Shown here one piece after another: positions 36,667 through 48,143 of a stretch of DNA of 64,000 nt. This DNA comes from Schmidtea polychroa (lineage: Eukaryota). Location of the stretch: positions 103,354,001 to 103,418,000 of the forward strand of contig CM097886.1 of the NCBI GenBank assembly GCA_044892525.1, given 5' to 3'. Below the pieces are notes generated by a model. It ran no database searches and was not told the origin of the DNA. It saw nothing but the letters and a program-made list of their open reading frames with translations. The position numbers and the translations under genes were made by a program. How positions within the stretch are numbered: the first letter of the stretch is position 1; every line of letters starts with the position of its first letter.

Positions 36667-39340
36667 TGTGTGTGATGATAGCAAAGTAATTTGTTATAAA
36701 TCTTGTGGTGTACTTGAATTATATATTCCCATTAGTCGTTATTATATTAATCGAAAATGAGTGTTAACCTTCGAGTACCGACACCTAGAAAATGGAATCA
36801 AGGAACGGAATGGAGTACAAACCTCAGGCAAATTTGAGTATTGATAAAATAACATAAAAATGAAAGCATTTAAAATTTTCAAATGAATTCAGTAAATCTT
36901 CATATTTATACATTCTTTCCATAAAAAATTAGTGAAATGCAAATTTGTCAAATAATTTCTGCTTGAATTAATAAAATTCCACAAATTTTATACATATTGC
37001 TGATGAATATTTTCACCATTAGGTAAATATTTTGTAGCAACAAATGACAACCGACACCAAAAAATTATTGATTTGAATAGTCATATTTTTGGAGGCCTCA
37101 ATAAAACCGTTTAGAATGTAATATGTATATGTTACAGTGAATTTGTATTCACTGGTGAAAATATATTTTCGCTAAGCCGGTCAGTGAATGTATATCTAAC
37201 AATGAAGATACAAATTCACTGGTTACATTTAGTGAGTTTGTATTCATTGACAAGCGAGAATTCGCCGCGTGAAAATATTTGGCCCCAAGTGTCGATGTGT
37301 CGCCCTTTCATCTAGCTGCGAAGTGTTTTTAAAAGTTTTTTTAATTTTTCTAAATCTGTAATTATATTTAATGTGTAAGTTCAAAATAAATTAATATATC
37401 ATTTAATGTTTTATTGAGCTTGTTGTATCTCCTGTGAAATTTAAACTTTTAACTCGGGTAGTCAACAGGCTAGAAAAAACTGGAGCGTTTGACACAAATG
37501 AAAACAAAAACATATTTAAATATAAATACCCAATTCCAACGATTAACTAATAAATAAGGTAAACAAGCGTTCTTGCNNNNNNNNNNNNNNNNNNNNNNNN
37601 NNNNNNNNNNNNNNNNNNNNNNNNNNNNNNNNNNNNNNNNNNNNNNNNNNNNNNNNNNNNNNNNNNNNNNNNNNNNNNNNNNNNNNNNNNNNNNNNNNNN
37701 NNNNNNNNNNNNNNNNNNNNNNNNNNNNNNNNNNNNNNNNNNNNNNNNNNNNNNNNCGTTAAAAAGTTTATAAAGTTAAGGGACTCTGTGGCTTTTCATT
37801 ATGTTCACGCAACACACCTATGCAGCGCTGCCGACACACTAAAGTGTCGCGACACACCGGTTGGAAAGCTCTGCTGTAACATATATAATATGTAATTTCG
37901 ACTTGGCAAATTTACAAAACATTTGAGTTTTTATCTGCGACATTATATTTTAATTCCAAATTTCTCTATCGAATGATGAATAAATTAATATATCATTCAA
38001 TGTTTTATTGAGCTTGTTGTATCTCCTGTGAAATTTAAACTTTTAACTCGGGTTGTCTACAGGCTAGAAATAACTGGAGTGGTTGACACAAATGAAAGCA
38101 AAAATACACGCAACTGTCAAACTGACATTCAATTATAGGTTAGGGTAGAATACACATTCACTAAAACTTGCTAGTGAAGTTATATTTTCACCAGTAGAAA
38201 TATATTTCCACTGGTGAAAACGTATTCGGATATGAATTCACTGAAACGTTAGTGAAAATATATTCTCACTGCTAATACAAATTCACTGTAACACAATAGC
38301 TTTCCAACCTTTTCATGCTTGTGACACACTTTTTAGACTTCCACCATTTCGCGACACAGCAAATCAGTTTCACCAGAAAACCAGACCTCATACAACTTAC
38401 ACCATATGGTAAACCGTTATACAAGAGACAATGAAACATATTTAAATTTAAATACCCAATTCCAATGATTAACTAATAAATAGGGTAAACAAGCGTTCTT
38501 GCAGCTAAAACACGACGGACTATATATATATGTGTATTGTATTTCAGTCTAACAATCGTTAAAAAGTTTATAAAATTAAGGGACTCTGTGGCTTTTCATT
38601 ATGTTCACGCGACACACCTATGCAGGGCTACCGACACACTAAATTTACAAAACTTTTAAATTTTTATCCGCGACATTATATTTTAATTCCAATTTTCTCT
38701 ATCGAATGATGAATAAATATCTCATTTTAGTAATTCTTTCTTTAAAACTGTTACAATATATTAAATATTAAAAATTAATTTTAAATAAATAAAGATTGGT
38801 CAATTAATGCTCGAAGAATTTGTGTCAAATTAAAAAAATAATAATTTCTTAAAATGTGAAAATTATCGATCAATGGTGAAGAGAGTGAAACAAATATTGT
38901 TCTTATTCATCAAATAAATATTTATTTCACTCATTAATTTCAGTATAATAAAAATTTTATTGAATTTTAGATTTTATGCACACAAGAAATTTTAAGCAAG
39001 CAAGGATATACTTTATCAGCCGAGGAAGAAGCATTAAAATGCTCTTTAGATAAATTATGGAATCAAATTATTGGCCCTTATGGTGTAAAAAGTCGTCTAC
39101 AAGAAATTCTTAGTGCTCCTAAAGCCATTTGTGGAAGTACAAAAATCAATTCCAGATTGTCATACAATAATTTGAGTAATGAATCAATGGAAGAATTGAA
39201 AGAAGTAATTTTTTTATTTACTATTTTATTAATGATGATTTATTATTTAGTATTTCGTCGAAAGGCAAAAATCTATCAAGGAAATGATGTCGTTGATTCG
39301 TGAAGATATTTCGTGTTTGAATGTTATTGAAAATATGTAA
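33416..39340 (+). CDS. NUP54: Nucleoporin Nup54
   Basis: FG-rich N-terminal exons; SRWNQLQAMWGSG...ENFLCRFKAV; PRGINVEIWDRAK...IPVPVVGMAELKAR; LKRKQIELSNRILK; QEILSKQGYTLSAEEEALK (about 38971-39204); final exon ...REDISCLNVIENM*. Confidence 0.93.
35932..36584. mobile_element. Foldback-type element with about 250-bp imperfect inverted arms, in a Nup54 intron
   Basis: CACTGCCATTTTCAAGTGAATTTGATC... / ...GATCAAATTTACTTGAAAAAGGCAGTG; spacer about 150 bp; no convincing TSD. Confidence 0.8.
36611..36662. repeat. (TA)n microsatellite; a second one at about 63242-63328
   Basis: Seen directly. Confidence 0.98.
37130..38293. mobile_element. TIR-bounded non-autonomous element carrying nested repeats and a gap
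   Basis: TGTTACAGTGAATTTGTATT / AATACAAATTCACTGTAACA; subterminal CACTGGTGAAAA-type repeats. Confidence 0.6.
38294..38640 (-). mobile_element. hAT (Charlie/Buster-like) MITE copy; another gapped copy at about 37500-37873
   Basis: Reverse complement of 44139-44499. Confidence 0.8.
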
Positions 39341-39495
39341 TTAATAAAAAAATTCTATTTTTCTTTTGTTATTACCAATAAAAAAGAGGTTCATTATACT
39401 TGCTAAATTTTCTTTTTTATGTAGCCTACTACATTTTTAATCAATTTATAATTTAAGAATTACAAAATATTTAATTTTTCTGAAGTGGCTACGAG

Positions 39496-40495
39496 CAGTG
39501 GTGTATTGTGTTTGGGGTGAAATATGTTTATTAATAGAGAATTTTTTCTTGTTTCTTTTCCTTTTTAAATCAAATAAACGTGTTCTGTGTTGGCTATTCT
39601 ACATACAATACTACTAAACTATAAATTTCAACAAAAGTGCGAATGCGGAAGTTCGAATCCCGTCAATGACTATTTCAAATCGAATTCCGCCAGTAACCAG
39701 TTAGTTTGTTCCAGTAGCGTTGTTGTTTAGGTTGTGTTATTGTGTGTAATGCCCAAGTTTTTTGGTAGTTTGTGGTTTCCATTTCAATTGTAAATTATAA
39801 GATAGTTTAATTATTTTTTAATGGATTAAATATAATGCATGTTTATTTTAATTATAGCAGTAATATTTCGAAAAATCTACAATAAAAATTAATTTTTTAT
39901 ATTAAAAATTTAGATTGAGCGAAAAACGTAAATAATCTACTGGACAATTTCTTTGGAAAAAAACTTAAAACTCAACCAGAAGAAAATGTGTAAGTGCTGG
40001 AAGCTAAAGAAAACAAATGGATATTACATCAACATCAATAGAAAATGTTCAAAAAGAACAAAATCCCTATTAATAAATTGGACTGCAGATATGTAGTTCG
40101 AAAAGAAAAAAAATTATGCGATTCCGGAAAATTAGGATGTCAGAGTTGTTCGGCTATTCAAAATTTAGGAACTTTAAAGACACAGGGAGTAAGTATCTCA
40201 AAAGAATGGAGAGGTACTTAGATATCAGCTTATGGATAGGACAAAGCCGCACAACTAACTTTGCGAAAAAAATTTTACAAGCATTTTAAAAGTTTTTCAC
40301 ATATAACAGCTGAGAGAATCTTAAAGGAAGCAGACTAGCAAAAGCTTGCAATTATAGTTGATAAATCGAAAGATTCTGAAATTTGTAGCACCAGTAAACT
40401 TTTTAGAACTGCTTATTATATAGATAAACATGATCGTCCATATTCTGATCATTTTGATTTAATAAAACTTCAAGAAATGAATGGGTCACTGAGTT
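39496..40495 (+). pseudogene. hAT transposase relic of the KIAA1586/ZNF862 type, 5' part
   Basis: GKLGCQSCSAIQNLG...SISKEW at about 40126 and RTAYYIDKHDRPYSDHFDLIKLQEMNG at about 40405-40486; CAGTGGTGTA possible left end at 39496. Confidence 0.7.
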
Positions 40496-40499
40496 AGGA

Positions 40500-41155
40500 G
40501 TAATAATAGGATAGTTAGGACCAGTTGTCGGTAGATAAAGTAGGTTTATGCAATCTTATAGAAACCACGAATGGTTAAGATATCCGATAGTTCAGGATTA
40601 GAAATACAAACAGATCCCTGCTCAAATTTCTATGAGAAGTATGGAAACATGTTTATTAACTTTGGAATAAGGGCAGACCCCTAATCAAATTTTTTGAAAA
40701 TTAAGTTACATTTTCACAAGAACCGCCGAAAATATGAAACGACATTTATCGACCGGGAAATAAATTATCGACAAATATTATAGAAACACATAATGATTTA
40801 TAACAGAAAAATAAGAGCGCATTCCTGCACAACATTTTGAAAAGGAACAATGGAAAACATCTAGAAACGAGGACCATAGCTGAATAAAATAGAAAAGTAG
40901 AAAGTAGAAATAGAAAATGACTAATGACTTAAGACCTTCTATCAGCCGTCTAGAACCCGAAAAAAAATACAATGGGGAGTAGTTTCAGCAATAGCATTGT
41001 TTTATCACCTTTATGTACAGTACCAATATGGTCGTCGCCATGGGTACACAAATGGTTTAAAGTCATGGAGGTGCTTAGGAAAGAGTCGAGTGAATATCTA
41101 TGATTACCCCTAACGTATTTAAAATTTAAAATGACACACCCCTAAGTGACCAATA
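40500..41155 (+). repeat. 3' part of a long-LTR family copy, ending ...CCAATA
   Basis: Close homology to 55010-55560. Confidence 0.75.
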
Positions 41156-42203
41156 CTATCCAAATGCTGAGGTGTACATATAATAATTTCTCAATAAGTC
41201 TGCAAACTCCACAAAGTCACCTCCATACTGAATGACAGGTAAATCTTGACAACTTGCAAAATTAATCATCTCGCCATTATTATTGGCCATCACGATTTTT
41301 TGGCTTCTCACATTGTACTTTTTCAGTTGAAAATCACAAAAATAAACAACAAAATTCAAACCTTCACCAAAATAGTTTCAATGGTTTCGATACCTTTAAT
41401 GCTTTATTCGCTTTTTTCAATTGAATTAACAACTTTGAATCACAAATTTTTCAAATTCCTTTTTCGATTTTTATCACTGCACAATTTTATTAAAACGCTC
41501 AGTGTCTTTTCTGACTTTGATCACGTAAGGTTCACCAAAATAAATGTTGATTTTTAATTAACTAAATATTAACGTTGGTGTTTCTGATTGCACGTGTTCT
41601 GTAGAAACAATTAGCTAAGCAACACTCAACGTATATTTGTAATCGAATTCGTATAAACTACAATTTACAAAACTCCGAATATCGCAATACAATGCCTATT
41701 CTAACTATTCAATAAGTCTCGCTGTAACCTCTCTGGTTCTGCACGTTCTGCAACAATAATAACCCATTTCTGTACTCCTTGGACTTAACTTAATTATTTT
41801 ATATCTCTTTCCACTAGTTCTATCTTCTATTTTTAATTTTTCCATTATTGCCCTACTGTCAATTTCTTTTTCCTTACCTGAGGCAAAATGCTGATTGATT
41901 CTGAATTTTAGCTACCTTATACAGTTTAAATAATCGCCTTGATTACTGGTATTTCAACTAGATTGTCTCCTTTTGACAGCTTTGCCTCGCGTATTTTTTA
42001 TCTTTTCACTTTTGAAATAAATAATTATTTGTCTCATCATGCGTCCCTCTTGCGATTGTGTTTTTTTTCGTCGATTCATTTTATATTTTTATGCGTTTTA
42101 AATGTGTTTCAAGTGCAACTGGTTGGTTTTATTCATTTATTACTTTTGTTTTACTTATTTTTAATTTTGTGTTTTTTTTACTTTTGTTTTAATTCATATT
42201 ACA
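41156..42203 (-). mobile_element. 5' fragment of an LTR retrotransposon (LTR, PBS-like site, gag start)
   Basis: Minus-strand TGTAAT...TCAACA (42203-41545), TGGTGAACC at 41537, then a short gag-like ORF MANNNGEMINF...; LTR related to about 17310-17700. Confidence 0.55.
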
Positions 42204-43496
42204 ATTGATTTTAAATAATCTTGGTACGTTTTTAATGTTATATAGCAGGGGTGTGCACGCATGAGGTCCTCGAGAGCCAAATACAGTTTTTCCTATATTA
42301 GAAAGAGCCACAACATATTGTCATATTGTTTAAGTACAGCACACATGGAAGCCACACTGCTCATCAAAATAGGAATTGACGAAATCTATAAAAGTTTTGT
42401 GAGTAGTACAAACAACAGATTTTAAAGAAGTGAATATACCGATTAGGGTCGAATCAGGATTGAAGGTGATTATTTTATTAAAGTGCAAGTAACCAGACAA
42501 CTGCAGAGAGACTTGTCGAGTAATTATAAAGTATATTATTTCTTACTGTAACAATTCGGGTATGTAATTTGTGAAATATAAATATAAATGTACGCTTGGA
42601 GTGTTGTCTTATTTTATAGAACCCGACTAGTATTATTATATGTGAGTTGTTATAAATCGTTTAAATAAAGGTGACTCGCCCCACACGGCCAACTGAATAC
42701 TAGAGTGACGAGACCTCAGTTTTATGTCTGACACTTTGGAGCTATAAACAAACTAAAAGGCTTGGCGCATTTCCTGTTCTCTTAATTTAAATTTTAGATC
42801 CTGATCGTTAATGTTCGTGGTTACTCATTTTACCTATTACGAGCATGACACAGAGATACAGAGGCTTCCCAATTCTAGACACCCGAATTTTATGGGATTT
42901 CTCCTTTCACTAGCTAATGTTTATAGTGGGTACAAGAAGTAAAAATGTGAACTGTGCGGATAAACCCCTTACATTTTCGGGAAATCATAAAGAGAAGGCA
43001 GAAGCAAATGTCCCTTGATAGTTTCGTCGTTAGAGTAACACAGAAGAGGAAAGATTCCAGTGTTCCAAGCGCAAATTAATTGTGTGTATTATTTTTATTC
43101 TTTTTATTTTTTGTATTAAACATTTTATTTGAATAATTTTTTTGTTGTGGAACAAATCATTTGTTGAGTTATTCGCTTTGATATACGAGTGCTTCGGATT
43201 ACAATTACGTTTCCAGAACGAATTAAGCTCGTTAACCAAGGTACCAATGTATATATATTATTCAAGTTTTTACCAATAAACTCTAATTTTAAAAATAAAT
43301 AATTATATTAACTATCTCGAATATTTGTTTAACTGGTTCATCATAACTTATTAATTAAAATGTTTTTAATAAAGTTTATAATTTGTTATTATAAATTATG
43401 TATCAAAATTTTAAAGATAGTATAAATAATAAATATACTCGTTTTAGTATTTTAAGAATATTATAGTTTAAATCTTATATAGTGAAATGTTGCAGC

Positions 43497-43816
43497 ATGA
43501 ATGAAATAGATATTCAAACGAGAATAAAGATTTTGCATTTGTTAATACAACATACTCCAGTTGGTCCACATTGTCATTTTCAGATGATTGCAATAATTAA
43601 TAAGTTAGATAAAACAGTGCCTGTTAAACTATTATGGAATTATTTAAATACTTTATATGATTTAGAAGAACTAGTAATGTAATTATGAGTTGTTTATTAA
43701 TATTAATTTAGAATAACATGAATGCTATTGATTTAGAAGAAAGAGATTTTTCTCTTCCAAAATCGTTTGAAAACTTAAAAGATGCAAACTTTCCGCGTTA
43801 TAGAAATGTTAAATAA
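43497..43816 (+). CDS. MRGBP: MRG-binding protein / Eaf7 (NuA4 subunit), exons 43497-43673 and 43712-43816
   Basis: HTPVGPHCHFQMIAI...VPVKLLWNYLNTLYDLEEL...ERDFSLP matches the Eaf7 motif HKPVGVNRHFHMI...IWDHLSTMYDM...RNFVLP; the 3' end could be extended by splicing. Confidence 0.85.
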
Positions 43817-44138
43817 GTATTTCATTTTAATATATTTATTTTAACTAATATTTATAGATACAAGATATATATATTCAACCAGTCGTATATTGGCAATCCA
43901 AAATTTCTAATAACATTATCTTCATGTTTGGTATTCATTAAATGAATTATTAGTAAAGATATTTCTAAAAAATAAATTGATTTATCTTTTATAAATAACT
44001 ATTTTAGGTGTAATAATTAAATGAATGTGTTTGTGAAATATTGAATATTATCACTATGACTGAGAGCAAAATTACTAGATACTTATGATAGATGATTATA
44101 TAACCGCTTATCACAATTAATATGAAATTACTCTATAC

Positions 44139-44499
44139 CAGAGCTTTCCAACCGGTGTGTCGGCAGCGCTGCATAGGTGTGTCGCGTGAACATAATGAAA
44201 AGCCACAGAGTCCCTTAATTTTATAAACTTTTTAACGATTGTTAGACTGAAATACAATACACATATATATATAGTCCGTCGTGTTTTAGCTGCAAGAACG
44301 CTTGTTTACCTTATTTATTAGTTAATCGTTGGAATTGGGTATTTATATTTAAATATGTTTCATTGTCTCTTGTATAACGGTTTACCATATGGTGTAAGTT
44401 GTATAACGTCTGGTTTTCTGGTGAAACTGATTTGCTGTGTCGCGAAATGATGGAAGTCTAAAAAGTGTGTCACAAGCATGAAAAGATTGGAAAGCACTG
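44139..44499 (+). mobile_element. hAT (Charlie/Buster-like) MITE, complete
   Basis: TIR CAGAGCTTTCCAA / TTGGAAAGCACTG; 8-bp TSD CTCTATAC / CTCTAGGC resembling NTCTAGAN. Confidence 0.9.
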
Positions 44500-45337
44500 C
44501 TCTAGGCTGTGATTGATTTATCGAGTATGGCATGTTAATTTGTAACATTGCCGTTCTTTGGTTTTTGACACAATATTTTTGATTTGTGAGTCCTCAACTT
44601 CATTTGGCACTTATTTCCTGCTTGGAATTCAATATCATAACTATTGATATCATTATGTCGTATTTGATCAGTTATGTTCTTAGAATTATCATATGAATAT
44701 TTTACTTATGTTGGCCTTCCAACTTGTTAGGATGTTACGATTCTATGTGTGGTATATGCGTGAACCGTGTTATTTTAATACATAAAGTCGGCTATACCCA
44801 GCAGACATAGATGAGTAATACCTCAACCATATGTACGATTAAAAGTATCAAAAATTAATAAATACAAACGTAATGTTATGAGATTGTTGTTTATTGGATC
44901 GGTGATGAGTTATAAATTCAACAATTACGTCTCTGACTCCAATTGTGTTTTATCAATTTACAAATTCGAACGAGATAACCTTTATTAAAAATCACTGGTG
45001 AATTATGAGGTTAAATCGCGTCTGCGTGCGCGTTGTATTCGGAGAGGGTGTTTGTGTTTGTATGCGCACACAGACGCGATCAGTGTCATTTTTTTGTGAA
45101 TTAATTATCGGTTGAGTGTTCTCGCGTCTGTTTGCGCTTTTAAATTTTTTTGGATTGATTTGTGTGCGCACACAGACGCGGACAATTGTCGAATTATTAT
45201 TCGGTTTTGTGAATCTTCGTATTCGATTTTGGATTTGTGTTCTGCTGGATTTTTTATGTAATTTGGAATTGATCAATTTTGTTTAAAAGATTAGAATTTT
45301 CGAGAAGGTTTTGTTTTGGAAAAAATAAATTTCGTTA

Positions 45338-45902
45338 ATGGCTACGATTTCTTTAATGGCTTCGATTAATACAGATATTTACTATGATCATAAATGTGTA
45401 AATGTGTGACGTGCAATGATAGATTTATTGAAAGAATTGAATCTGATAACTCAATGGAAAATGATGATGATGCCTTGAATGTTTTTCATATTATTCGTCA
45501 TATTCCTGGTGGAAGTACTACAAACGAAACTGAGGTTCCTTTTTTATTACTCCAAGAGATCCTGATAACAGAAATAGTGTTTTTGGCAAACTAATATCAA
45601 ATTTATTTGGTGGATTGCTGCCGCTGGATTTTAGATCCAATTCGTAAGATTACATATTTTCAGATCAAAGTTTCGATAATTTTGTAACGAGTATTATGAA
45701 TCAATTTGAACAGAATGGTCCTCCGCCAGCAAATGAGGCAGATATTGAGAAATTACAAGTCAAGCAAATCACCGCAGCTAATGATACAGGTTCCATTTGT
45801 CTGTCAGATTATGAGGTGGCCGATGAAGTATACGAGTTGCCCTGTCAGCATAGATACCCTGTTCAGTGTCTCGAAACGTGGATGATTAAACAATCACAAT
45901 AG
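45338..45902 (+). pseudogene. Intronless RNF115/RNF126-like E3 ligase pseudogene
   Basis: N-terminal YxxHKC..TCNDRFIE knuckle relic; SNS*DY; IMNQFEQNGPPPA; decayed RING (GSICLSDY...ELPCQHRYPVQCLETW); frameshifts and stops. Confidence 0.8.
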
Positions 45903-48143
45903 ATTGTATAAGTTGCAATTACAGCCAATCAACTCGATTATAGACAATTACCCAGAAGTTATTAGGTCACTACCTGAAGAATAGCTTTCCGTGTAAAATT
46001 CGCCAATAATAATCACTAATCGTCGATCGATTTAATGACAGGAATACGTTACTCGATTTCTCTATTGCTTTGACCACAATTATTCACTCCACTTTTGTAT
46101 AAAGTTTACAAAGATTTTCGTTATCACCAATCAAATATCTCTTCTTAAATCTGTTGAGGATACCTAAATAACAAATTCCTGAATAAATAAATAAAATTAC
46201 TTGGAAGCAAATCGTCATGACAAACGGGACGATTTATGGAAACTCGGAAAAAAATGGAAGTAAAAAGAAATCAGGTTCAAAAGTTAACGTCATAATTCCA
46301 AGTATTTCTTTAATGAAATATTGTATAATTTTCAGCCTTGAATAAAATATTTTCAAAACCATTTATTAAAATTTCGATATTTAAAATATATTTATTTAAA
46401 AATTATTTACTAATAAAACTTTTAAAAACTTAAATTTTCAATTTTTCAATTCAAAAATTTCAATTTAAAAAATTCAATTTAAAAATTATTTTAATTGTCC
46501 ATTATTTATCATTTATTATCATTATAAATAGTTGAAATATTTAATTCTCAGATGAAAACACTTCACAGCGGCGAAGGACAAAATAATTTGGATAATACGA
46601 CAACATTTATTTTGAGAATTTGAAGTGAATTGAAACAGAGAAAAGCAGCAGGAGCTTATTCAGTTAATAACAGAGTAAAGTTCGGCGAGTAAATTTAAGT
46701 CAATCTAGAAAACAACAAGATAAATTACCAATTGTTATACTCCCAGTTGTGAGAGATTTGTCAAATCAAGTGTAAACATGTGTACTATTCTTCACCATAG
46801 TGTTGTAATAAGCACTTTTGTAAACAGTTGCCCTATTAGATAATATTCATTTATACTCAATAGGTACTCAAATTGTATGGGTCTGTAATGTACAGTCATA
46901 TTCTTTTTTATTTCTAAGTAAGGGTACGTGATGTCTGACTATTTCGTCTAGAGTATGTCGCGGAAAGGGAATAAAGAGACTATATAGCGATAATTTACTA
47001 TGGTAAATTATCGCTATATAAATATTGAACAAAAGACAAAAAAATCGATAAGAAGAATTACCAATTCAAAGATAAGAAAAAGGGAAAAACAAAATATTTA
47101 CAGTCGGAAGTCCTGCCAAGCACCTTTTAAAAATTCTTTCACAAGATTACTACAAAAGAAAAAGAAAACATATAACTCTACTAGTTAATATATACAATAC
47201 AATATTTTAGAAATCGGAAACTTCAAAGTTAAAGAAAGAAGTCGTGTTATAGATATATTTTTGACACTAAGGGAATTCAACCGAAAACTAATCGAAGAAA
47301 TTTCAAGCTCAAAATTCTTTATCGAATCCTCCACCTCTATTATATGGATAAATTCGCTATTTGTGTTGGATCTTCGTAGTCAATTTTTCTGCCAAATCCT
47401 AATATCATATCTATTGCAAATAACAGTCTAATCATAGCCACCTGACGATTTTCTGAAGTATTATTTATTATTTTAGTTAATAAAATTTGTAATTTTATTT
47501 AACTGTTATTTTATACCTTTTCTAGACAACACGTACCCCGATTGTCCCGCCACATTTTTTAATGGAGACTCTATCGGGCTCTTCAGATCTCTACACCCAA
47601 TCACAAATCATATAAATACTACTATATAAATAAATAAGGATATACAAATACGATAATATTAACTAAATGCTAATAGCTAAAAAAACATCCTGAACGTTAC
47701 AATATAATTATGTTGAGGGATCAGTAGAAATAGAGATAAGTAATCTAATAAATCACATTGAACCCCCAATAAAGACTTGACAATTAACATTGAATACCCG
47801 TAGTTAATTAGAAAACAATAATACAAAAATACAAAATCCTATACGCATTAATATTTGTACAAAGAGATTACATAATCAGGTTATCAATTGAACCATTGGT
47901 AAATGGGAGTGATGTATATTGGGAACTCCAGGAATCCCAACAAGTAAAAACAGTTTTTCAAAATTATGCGATAGATACACTGAATAGCAGAAAACCCTTT
48001 ATAAATTATGTCAATTTAAAATTTCATCATAACTATAATATTGTGATTCATTATTATGAAAAATCCCTATATGAAAATGGAACTGAGATTAATAATCAAT
48101 GGGTCAGAATCCACTCTAGTCAACATATGATACGATTAGTTAA

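Noticed and set aside
39640-39672. GTTCGAATCCC B-box suggesting a tRNA or SINE
   Set aside because: No A-box and no cloverleaf stems upstream
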